DNA from: Candidatus Nanoarchaeia archaeon
GTDB taxonomy: Archaea > Nanobdellota > Nanobdellia > Woesearchaeales > JANQNC01
DNA: 32,000 nucleotides
Direction of reading: 5' to 3'
Assembly (NCBI GenBank): GCA_028279745.1
Contig: JANQNC010000001.1
Span: 930,001-962,000 of the forward strand
The translations under genes and the position numbers were made by a program. Positions 25,029 to 32,000 of this stretch are shown piece by piece (positions within the stretch are counted from its first letter, which is position 1; every line of letters starts with the position of its first letter). A model generated the notes under the pieces. That model saw only the letters and a list, made by a program, of their open reading frames with translations, searched no databases and was not told the DNA's origin.

Positions 25029-27742
25029 AGAAAGGATACTATTTCAGCGTTGATGCCATACTTGGATTAAGTATAGTGTTGGTTGGGATACTTATCATGG
25101 GATCTTTTTATTCAAACCAGCAGGAGACAACCCACTTAACATATGTTGCAGACGATCTAATAGAGGTTTTATCTACTGTACAGATAAGTGATGTGAACAA
25201 CACATATGTACAAGAACTTATCGCAACAGGCCATATAACAAACACAAATAGTTCTTTACTGGAACAAATAACAAAACTTTGGGTGGAAGGAAAACATACA
25301 AGAGCAAGCGAGATGGCTCGAAACATAACCGAACAGATAATTCCTGACAACATCATGTTTAGCATACTTGTGGATGGAGGTGTAGTCTATGAGAGAACAA
25401 ACACAAGCTCAAACGTACTTGTACTGAGTAAAGAGCTAGTCTCAGGAATGGAAACAGGAAAAGCACCAAAAGGATCAACCGCAAGAATGTATCTTACAGG
25501 AATAAAATCAAAAGAGACAAACGCTTACGTATACTTTGGCGGATTTACAGGACAAGGAAACGTGACAATGTCCATAACAGACTTACCAAGTGATGCAAAC
25601 ATAACTGAGATGGAAATAGAAGGTGACTTTGGAGCAAGTTTCTGGCTGGAAATAAATGAACAGTTATGTGGAAGTTTTGTACCTGTTGCTGGAGAGCTAG
25701 CGGCAGATGCGTGGGACATAACAAGTTGTAACAATCTAGTTGATGTGGGCAGCAATGTACAAAATAATTTTTCAATATCTTTTACGGGAGAGATGGAGGA
25801 GAAATATATAGGTGGTGGTTTCATAAGGATGAAATACACAACCGAAACACTATACGAAAATAAGACCTTAGGAAATCAAAAAATTTATCTTCCTGGGATA
25901 GACGGAATCATAAACTTATTCTCGGGGATAAACATCCCCGGAACATTAAACCAGATGAACTTACACTTACATTATTTCTCAAACCACTCAGACTTTTCAG
26001 TACCTTTATTCTTCTCATTTGGAGACGTGCAAGTCTATAACGACACAAACAGCACAACACCACAAACAATAGACATAGATGATGCACAACTTTCATCTTT
26101 GCTTGACTATGGTGAATTAAGCAACACCACAGTACCGATAAGGTTTGGGTTTTCAAATGTAAGTTACTTGACAGAGTTTGTAGGATTAGCAGATGTAATG
26201 TTAGTAAGTGACTTATCAGGAAGCATGGAATTCTGTATGAATAGAAATGACGGCTATGAAACAGACTGGGTATGGACAAACTTTAACTTCCCAGATCAAT
26301 CAGGAGCGGCAGCGTGCGGAAGAAAATGGGAGAGGGACGGTAATTGTCCAAGCAATGCCCCAAGAAGGATAGACGTAGCAAAAAATGCAAGCAAAGCATT
26401 TGTAGAAGCATTATTTAACACAACAGGAAACAGGATAGGCACAGCAGAATATTCTGCATTTTACTCATCAGGAACTTATGTACAACAACCCTGCGGAACA
26501 AATATACAAGAATTCCCTGGAGGGATAGTAACACAAGAAAGTCTAACAACAGATCAAATAGTCTTAGAAAACCACATAGATGACATGGCAGTATGGTATG
26601 GAACTTGCATATGCTGTGGAGTAAATAGAGGTATGCAAGTATTACAAGCAAACAGCAACGCATCAAGAATAGGATCCATAGTTGTAATGACTGATGGAGA
26701 TGCAAACCAAGAATGCCCTGAACAAGGTAACACAGGAGATCTGGATGGAGATGGAAGTTCAGATACAGCAAGAGATGATGCAGTGCAAGCAGCACTTGAT
26801 GCCTGTGCTTTGAACTATTCAGTATACACAGTTGGATTTGGTCCAGGAGCATACAACGGGACAATGATCGCGATGGCATGTAATGGAGGAAGTTACTATT
26901 CTGCATCAGACATGGACACACTTATAGATGCATACACTGCAATAGCAAACCAGATAAGAGTTGCAACAATGCAAGCGCAAACGATAGTTGTGTCTGGAAA
27001 CAATATAACATCATCACAAATATATCCCGATTCTTACATAGAAATAAACTACACTCCAACATATAATCCAGTAGAGTTTGGAGAGATATCTGTAACTTTA
27101 CAATCAGACCAATTTCCAAACTGTTCAGGAAGCTGGTATATCTCTGATGATCTTACTATAGTAGACTCAAGCGCCACTTCATATTCAGCACAGCACTGGA
27201 CAGACCTTGTAAGAGTAAACAACCAAACAAGCTTTAATCTGAGCTATTTCGGAACAGACTATACTTCGTTAGGAGATCCTTATCTAGCATATGTCAAGCC
27301 AGAAAGTTTCATAACAGGGATTAATAATATCACAATAGTGTCTGCAGATGAGATAGCAAACGATACTTTCTGTTCAACAAACAACTCATTGATATATACT
27401 GCAATGGCAAAATCTTCAGTCTCATACGGAACAGTATTGGAAAGAGAGGAAGGTTGTAATTGGTTTGTAGAGTTTGAAGATGGAGGCAATGCAACATTAG
27501 CAGTGCCGCAAGGATATGCAGGAAATAAAACTTGCAGTTACACCGGATCTTCGATAAGTTATGATACAGATGATTCATATGATGATGCGATGTACAGATT
27601 GTTAGAAGGGCTGGATTTTGATGATGATGGAAGAACATACTTTAATTTTGATCAAAGCGATATAGGGTTTAATGTAATTACGATTTCAGAAGTACCTTAC
27701 ATGTGGGGGCCGACAGGGGTCGAGGTGAGAACATGGCAATGA
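25019..27742 (+). CDS. Large prepilin-like protein with von Willebrand factor A (MIDAS) domain, candidate tip adhesin
   Basis: 907 aa. The N-terminus is MGLKKG|YYFSVDAILGLSIVLVGILIMG. The MIDAS motif DLSGS lies in VMLVSDLSGSMEF (nt 26210-26224), followed by VVMTDGDAN and GDLDGDGSSD. There are about 30 N-x-S/T sequons. It overlaps the previous gene by 10 nt. Confidence 0.8.
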   Translation: MGLKKGYYFSVDAILGLSIVLVGILIMGSFYSNQQETTHLTYVADDLIEVLSTVQISDVNNTYVQELIATGHITNTNSSLLEQITKLWVEGKHTRASEMARNITEQIIPDNIMFSILVDGGVVYERTNTSSNVLVLSKELVSGMETGKAPKGSTARMYLTGIKSKETNAYVYFGGFTGQGNVTMSITDLPSDANITEMEIEGDFGASFWLEINEQLCGSFVPVAGELAADAWDITSCNNLVDVGSNVQNNFSISFTGEMEEKYIGGGFIRMKYTTETLYENKTLGNQKIYLPGIDGIINLFSGINIPGTLNQMNLHLHYFSNHSDFSVPLFFSFGDVQVYNDTNSTTPQTIDIDDAQLSSLLDYGELSNTTVPIRFGFSNVSYLTEFVGLADVMLVSDLSGSMEFCMNRNDGYETDWVWTNFNFPDQSGAAACGRKWERDGNCPSNAPRRIDVAKNASKAFVEALFNTTGNRIGTAEYSAFYSSGTYVQQPCGTNIQEFPGGIVTQESLTTDQIVLENHIDDMAVWYGTCICCGVNRGMQVLQANSNASRIGSIVVMTDGDANQECPEQGNTGDLDGDGSSDTARDDAVQAALDACALNYSVYTVGFGPGAYNGTMIAMACNGGSYYSASDMDTLIDAYTAIANQIRVATMQAQTIVVSGNNITSSQIYPDSYIEINYTPTYNPVEFGEISVTLQSDQFPNCSGSWYISDDLTIVDSSATSYSAQHWTDLVRVNNQTSFNLSYFGTDYTSLGDPYLAYVKPESFITGINNITIVSADEIANDTFCSTNNSLIYTAMAKSSVSYGTVLEREEGCNWFVEFEDGGNATLAVPQGYAGNKTCSYTGSSISYDTDDSYDDAMYRLLEGLDFDDDGRTYFNFDQSDIGFNVITISEVPYMWGPTGVEVRTWQ

Positions 27743-28671
27743 TGAATAGGAAAGCGGTGTTCTATACAGTAGTTGGAGTTATAATGGTTTTTACACTTCT
27801 ACTTTTATTCATTGTTTATGAAAAAGAACCCTCTATAGATAAGACATCAGTAATATTGACAAGAGTAAAAACAACAAATAACTTTTTAGAAAACATAAAT
27901 AGAGATCTTGAAAGAGCATTGCAGATATCAAGCATGAGGGCATCACTATCTTTGTTAGAACATATAACAACAACTGGAGATTTTGTAGACGATTCAAAAG
28001 CAAGGTATGAAGAAGCGATAGTTGATGGAACTGTAAATGGAAACCAGATGATTTTGATGGAGAATACAACATTCGTAGATTGGATTAATAAAATAGAATC
28101 CGAAGCAAATAGAATTGGGGTGATGACAAACATAACTCTGATTGTTGTAAGTGTATACCAAGAAGATCCTTGGCATGTAAAGAGCACAGCAAACATAACT
28201 ATGCGAGTAAGAGATTCAAAAGACACTGCAGAATGGACACAGACAAAACAGATGCAGACAAAAATACCTATTGTTGGGTTAGAGGATCCTCTTTACTTAG
28301 TCAATACTTATGGGAGAGTGGCGAACATAATTAATGTAACCCCTTATGAAGGAGATTATGTTCAAGGAAGCAATGTTGCAAACTTAACAATACATCTTAA
28401 CAGTTCACTTTATACAAACTCAACGTTAGCACCATCTTTCTTAATGAGATTAGAAAACGATTTAGGAAGTTCACCTTTTGGGATAGAGAGCATGGTAAAC
28501 TTAAACAAGTTAGAAGAACAAGGGATCACAACTAAAAACAGAAGTAACATAGACTATATCTACTTTGGATTTGGTTCCACAACAAACTATAAAGTGACTG
28601 GATTACCGACGTGGTTCCATATAGATGATGGCCATGTCAATAGATATCAAGTTCAGAATCTAACATACTAA
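27733..28671 (+). CDS. Prepilin-like protein 5 (312 aa)
   Basis: The N-terminus is MAMMNRKA|VFYTVVGVIMVFTLLLLFIV. The ATG at 27733 has a GAGGTGAG Shine-Dalgarno motif and overlaps the stop of the vWA gene. Several N-x-T sequons are present. Confidence 0.7.
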   Translation: MAMMNRKAVFYTVVGVIMVFTLLLLFIVYEKEPSIDKTSVILTRVKTTNNFLENINRDLERALQISSMRASLSLLEHITTTGDFVDDSKARYEEAIVDGTVNGNQMILMENTTFVDWINKIESEANRIGVMTNITLIVVSVYQEDPWHVKSTANITMRVRDSKDTAEWTQTKQMQTKIPIVGLEDPLYLVNTYGRVANIINVTPYEGDYVQGSNVANLTIHLNSSLYTNSTLAPSFLMRLENDLGSSPFGIESMVNLNKLEEQGITTKNRSNIDYIYFGFGSTTNYKVTGLPTWFHIDDGHVNRYQVQNLTY

Positions 28672-28845
28672 CTTTAATTTTTTTGTAAATTGATTTTTTC
28701 TATTAAGAAAAAATAATTTTTTTATGAAAAAATAGTTTTTTAATTAGTGACGGAAGAAACACTAATTTTTCGAAACCTTTAAATACTCAAAACTCCAAAA
28801 TTAGAGTTGTGTTAAAACTAACACAAAAAACATGAGGTGATATTC

Positions 28846-29085
28846 ATGGCAGCAAAGAAGAAAAAAAAAGCAGCTAAGAAAAAGAAAAAAGTTGTAAAAA
28901 AGAAAAAGGCTAAAAAGAAAGCTAAGAAAAAAGCTAAAAAGAAAAAAGCAGTGAAGAAGAAAGCTAAAAAGAAAGCAAAGAAGAAAAAGGCTAAAAAGAA
29001 AAAAGCTAAGAAAAAGAAAGCTAAGAAAAAAGCTAAAAAGAAAAAGGCTAAAAAGAAAAAAGCTAAGAAAAAGAAAAAAAGATAG
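28846..29085 (+). CDS. 79-aa poly-lysine/alanine protein, (A/V)K3-5 repeats, extremely basic
   Basis: The sequence is MAAKKKKKAAKKKKKVVKKKKAKKKAKKKAKKKKAVKKKAKKKAKKKKAKKKKAKKKKAKKKAKKKKAKKKKAKKKKKR. The ATG at 28846 has GAGGTGAT 5 nt upstream. A TATA-like cctttaaatact lies at 28776-28787, and a hairpin plus T-run terminator follows the gene. Lysine is encoded by a mix of AAA and AAG. Confidence 0.6.
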   Translation: MAAKKKKKAAKKKKKVVKKKKAKKKAKKKAKKKKAVKKKAKKKAKKKKAKKKKAKKKKAKKKAKKKKAKKKKAKKKKKR

Positions 29086-29101
29086 TTAATTAATTTATAG
29101 T

Positions 29102-29132
29102 TTGCCTGTAAAACAGGCAAGCTTCCTTTTTT
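29102..29132 (+). terminator. Hairpin plus T-run terminator after the poly-lysine gene
   Basis: ttgcctgt aaa acaggcaa forms an 8-bp stem (29102-29120), followed by gcttcctttttt. Confidence 0.5.
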
Positions 29133-29202
29133 CTAAAAATTTTACATACACTTATTCTAAACAAAAAGGTTTTTAAACCCAAATCCCATAATTAGCATTA
29201 AA

Positions 29203-29871
29203 ATGATCGAAACAGGTGTAGATAGACTTATAAGCTTAGTAAACGAGAAAAAAAAGATTTCTTTTAAGGATGCAGCAAAGGAATTGGCAGTAGATATATC
29301 TACAGTAAAAGAATGGTCAAGCATAATGGGTGACGAGGACAACGTCATCATAGAGTATAAGTTCACAACACCTTTCTTAGTCATGAAAGGAGAAACAAAG
29401 AAGTCAAAAGCGCCAAAAAATCAGAAGATAGACAAGCTTCACAAAGAAAAAGAAGAACAGATAAAAAAAGTTGAAGAAAGTATAGGCTCATTAAACGAAC
29501 ATCAAACAGGCATAGAACAAGCAAAAGAAAGGATAAGCGGGATAAAAGATGATCTTGCAAAGCATTCAAGCGAGCTTCAAAAACAAATTTCAGGACTTGT
29601 AGGTGGAAAAGAAGAAGTTAATCCTGAAAAACTAAAAAAGTTCATTATGCAAAGGATAAACGCGATAAACAAAAAACTGATAGAAGAAGAACAAAAATAT
29701 GAAGACTTTGCAAACAAAGTAAAAAAAGAGACAGACACACTTAACGATTCATTTAAGAATATGGCAACACATCTAAAAAAAACTGCAGACTGGATAAACT
29801 ACTTCAAAGAACATGATGCTGAACAAGAGAAAAGAATAAAAGAACTTGAAAAAGGTGCAAAGAAAAAATGA
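29203..29871 (+). CDS. HTH-like N-terminal domain plus long coiled-coil protein, translationally coupled to the pilus ATPase
   Basis: 222 aa. ISFKDAAKELAVDISTVKEWSSIM looks like a helix-turn-helix. The remainder is Lys/Glu-rich with heptad-like periodicity. A TATA box (ggtttttaaacc, 29168-29179) lies about 29 nt upstream of the ATG. The stop overlaps the next ATG (ATGA). Confidence 0.72.
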   Translation: MIETGVDRLISLVNEKKKISFKDAAKELAVDISTVKEWSSIMGDEDNVIIEYKFTTPFLVMKGETKKSKAPKNQKIDKLHKEKEEQIKKVEESIGSLNEHQTGIEQAKERISGIKDDLAKHSSELQKQISGLVGGKEEVNPEKLKKFIMQRINAINKKLIEEEQKYEDFANKVKKETDTLNDSFKNMATHLKKTADWINYFKEHDAEQEKRIKELEKGAKKK

Positions 29872-31301
29872 AGCTTGTAGATGAATATAACTTCACATCA
29901 GATAAGGTGCCTGTTAAAGTACAGATAGTTCTGCAAGATGGAGAATATGTGCCATTGTATGTTGCATCAGTGATGGACATATCCAAAAGTGCAGAAAGAG
30001 TTCTTGAAAGAGTAAGAGAAGAAACAATCAACGAAGTAAAAATAGACATGGCCGATTTAGGGGATGTCAAAAAAAGAGATATAATAAGGCAAAAGTTTGA
30101 AGAAAAAACAAAAGAGTTGATCACAAAATACTTTCCAGACGCATCAAAAGATCTAGTTGAATTCTTTACATCATTCTTGATACAAAAGAGTATGGGGTTA
30201 GGAGACATAGATCTTCTAAAAAATGACGATCTTCTGGAAGAGATAACTGTAAATGGATCTGCAGAACCGGTTTGGGTATACCACAGAAAACACGGGTGGT
30301 TAAAGACAAATATTTTACTGCCATCAGAACAACACATCAACCACATATCAACAACAATAGGAAGAGACATAGGAAGACAGATAAATGTTTTAGAACCATT
30401 AATGGACGCAAGCTTAGACACGGGGGACAGGGTTAACGCAACATTGATGCCCATCTCAAACAGAGGAAACACAATAACAATAAGGAAATTCTCAAAAACT
30501 CCCTGGACAATAGCAAACATAATCAAAGCAGGAACAATATCATCACAAGGAGCAGCACTAGTCTGGTTAGGGATGCAGTATGAACTATCAGCACTAATAG
30601 CAGGAGGAACGGGGTCAGGAAAGACAAGTATGATGAATGCATTATCAAACTTTTTCCCTCCAAACCAAAGGATACTAAGTATAGAAGATACAAGAGAGCT
30701 AACTTTGCCGGACATTCTACACTGGGTGCCAATGATGACCAGGTTACCCAATGCAGAAGGAAAAGGGGAGGTAACTATGCTTGATCTATTAGTGAATTCA
30801 TTGAGGATGAGACCCGACAGGATACTGGTGGGAGAGATAAGAAGACAGAAAGAAGCAGAAGTACTTTTTGAAGCTATCCACACAGGACACTCAGTATACG
30901 CAACAATACACGCAAACGACGCAAGAGAAACAATATCAAGACTTACAAACCCACCAATAGAAGTTCCAAAGATGATGCTTCCAGCGCTAAGCATGATAGT
31001 GGTACAGCACAGAAACAGGAGAACTGGTGGAAGAAGAACTTTCCAAATAGCAGAAGTAACAAAAGAAGGAGATCCGAATGTATTACAACAACTTGATCTA
31101 AAAACTGATAAATTATATCAGAAAAACAAATCACAGTCCATACTAGACACTTTAACAATGCACATAGGAATAACCGAGCAAGAGATGCTCCAAGACATGA
31201 AAGAAAAAGAAGGCATACTGAAGTGGTTAGTCAAAGAAAACATAATGGACGTACATAAAATAGGAAGGATAATAGCAGACTATTATCAGAAACATAGTTA
31301 A
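29868..31301 (+). CDS. Type IV filament assembly ATPase (FlaI/TadA/VirB11 secretion-ATPase superfamily)
   Basis: 477 aa. Motifs present are Walker A GGTGSGKTS, Asp box LSIEDTREL, Walker B RPDRILVGEIR and His box GHSVYATIHAN. Confidence 0.93.
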   Translation: MKLVDEYNFTSDKVPVKVQIVLQDGEYVPLYVASVMDISKSAERVLERVREETINEVKIDMADLGDVKKRDIIRQKFEEKTKELITKYFPDASKDLVEFFTSFLIQKSMGLGDIDLLKNDDLLEEITVNGSAEPVWVYHRKHGWLKTNILLPSEQHINHISTTIGRDIGRQINVLEPLMDASLDTGDRVNATLMPISNRGNTITIRKFSKTPWTIANIIKAGTISSQGAALVWLGMQYELSALIAGGTGSGKTSMMNALSNFFPPNQRILSIEDTRELTLPDILHWVPMMTRLPNAEGKGEVTMLDLLVNSLRMRPDRILVGEIRRQKEAEVLFEAIHTGHSVYATIHANDARETISRLTNPPIEVPKMMLPALSMIVVQHRNRRTGGRRTFQIAEVTKEGDPNVLQQLDLKTDKLYQKNKSQSILDTLTMHIGITEQEMLQDMKEKEGILKWLVKENIMDVHKIGRIIADYYQKHS

Positions 31302-31341
31302 GTTTCAATCATTAAGTCAAAAAAAGGGGTGAAGGTAAAGG

Positions 31342-32000
31342 ATGTTTATAGATGATATTTCTGAAAGAATTTCAAAGTCTTTACCTGAGCTAAAAACAGT
31401 TCTGAAACAAGCAGGACTTAAAGGGGAACCGCAACTGTTTGTAAAAAAAACATTAGTGTCAGCAATCTATATGTCAGTTGGAGTAAACATACTGTTCTTA
31501 TTTGCATTCCTTAAATTGGGAATTTCACCATTATTCCTTCTGATATCATTATTGATAATAACCCCAATAATGTTTGCATACTTGATAAAGACACCAGTAG
31601 TATACATACAAAAGAGAAGAAAAGAAATCAATAAAGAGATAATATTTGCAGGCAGAGCATTATTGATAGAACTAGACTCAGGAATATCTTTATTTAACTC
31701 ACTAGTAAGCATATCAAGAGGTTATGGGTTAGTTGGTGAGGAGTTCAAAAAAATAGTAACACAAATCAAGATGGGAACTCACATAGAAGATGCAATAGAT
31801 AAAGTAATAGAAACCACCCCTTCTGATAATCTAAGAAGATTATTATGGCAAATACTTAACTCACTAAAAACCGGATCAAACGTAGCAAGATCAATAGAAG
31901 AAGTACTAGAACAAATAGCAAAAGAACAGATCATAGAAGTAGAAGCATATGGAAAAAAACTGAATCCTCTGGCGATGTTTTACATGATGATGGCAGTAAT
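31342..32000 (+). CDS. FlaJ/TadC/PilC-type polytopic membrane platform protein (T2SSF domain), truncated by the window end
   Basis: Hand translation from the ATG at 31342 (GGGGTGAAGG Shine-Dalgarno motif upstream) stays open for 219 codons to the window edge: MFIDDISERISKSLPELKTVLKQAGLKGEP...GRALLIELDSGISLFNSLVSISRGYGLVGEEFKKIVTQIKMGTHIEDAIDKVIETTPSDNLRRLLWQILNSLKTGSN... This is the typical T2SSF cytoplasmic domain between TM helices. It is not in the ORF track because it has no stop codon. Confidence 0.85.
   Translation, partial: MFIDDISERISKSLPELKTVLKQAGLKGEPQLFVKKTLVSAIYMSVGVNILFLFAFLKLGISPLFLLISLLIITPIMFAYLIKTPVVYIQKRRKEINKEIIFAGRALLIELDSGISLFNSLVSISRGYGLVGEEFKKIVTQIKMGTHIEDAIDKVIETTPSDNLRRLLWQILNSLKTGSNVARSIEEVLEQIAKEQIIEVEAYGKKLNPLAMFYMMMAV

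Noticed and set aside
28855-29080. Short tandem repeats that might be a CRISPR array or minisatellite
   Set aside because: The units are 12 to 15 nt, contiguous, without spacers, and in frame with a complete ORF. This is coding repeat structure, not CRISPR.
28818-29120. 100-aa minus-strand ORF encoding a poly-Phe/Ala/Leu protein (FFLAFFF repeats)
   Set aside because: It is the reverse-complement shadow of the AAA/AAG-rich poly-lysine gene. It has no Shine-Dalgarno motif or TATA box in the right place, whereas the plus-strand ORF has a Shine-Dalgarno motif, an ATG and a terminator.
29804-30994. 396-aa minus-strand ORF, the longest unexplained ORF in the track
   Set aside because: It lies entirely antisense to the secretion ATPase, whose Walker A/B, Asp and His boxes are unambiguous. 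The antisense product is Ser/Ile/Phe-rich low-complexity sequence with no motifs.

Overview
AT-rich, very gene-dense chromosome segment that is almost certainly archaeal. The hallmarks are PCNA, CDC48/VCP, an archaeal-size RNase J, TTTATAAA-type TATA boxes about 27 nt upstream of many start codons, a tRNA with a non-canonical intron, and five proteins with class III (prepilin-like) signal peptides. The compaction and gene mix suggest a small-genome (DPANN-like) lineage, but that is inference only.

Left to right:
- A partial ORF and cdc48 on the minus strand.
- A minus-strand tRNA island: tRNA-Arg(UCU) with two introns, tRNA-Cys(GCA), and a gutted duplicate of tRNA-Cys.
- Two adjacent perfect inverted repeats, then two small ORFs.
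- RNase J, PCNA and a convergent MBL-fold hydrolase.
- A purine block: an internally deleted GMP synthase, a large-type PurL lacking its amidotransferase domain, PurQ, PurH split into IMPCH and AICARFT genes, PurD, PurN and PurM.
- A sequon-rich, cysteine-repeat lipoprotein.
- A block with bacterial flavour: an RsuA/RluB pseudouridine synthase, a short bacterial-type AlaRS and NrdR. It is interspersed with three small hypothetical genes, one of them a secreted CxxxC-repeat peptide.
- From about 23.2 kb to the window end, a Tad/Epd-like archaeal type IV filament locus. It holds a five-gene prepilin operon (including a 907-aa vWA/MIDAS prepilin), a stand-alone 79-aa poly-lysine (AKKKK)n gene, an HTH/coiled-coil gene, a FlaI/TadA-type ATPase and a truncated FlaJ/TadC platform gene.

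No rRNA, CRISPR array, transposase or integrase was seen. Most other ORFs in the six-frame track are antisense or alternate-frame shadows of these genes.
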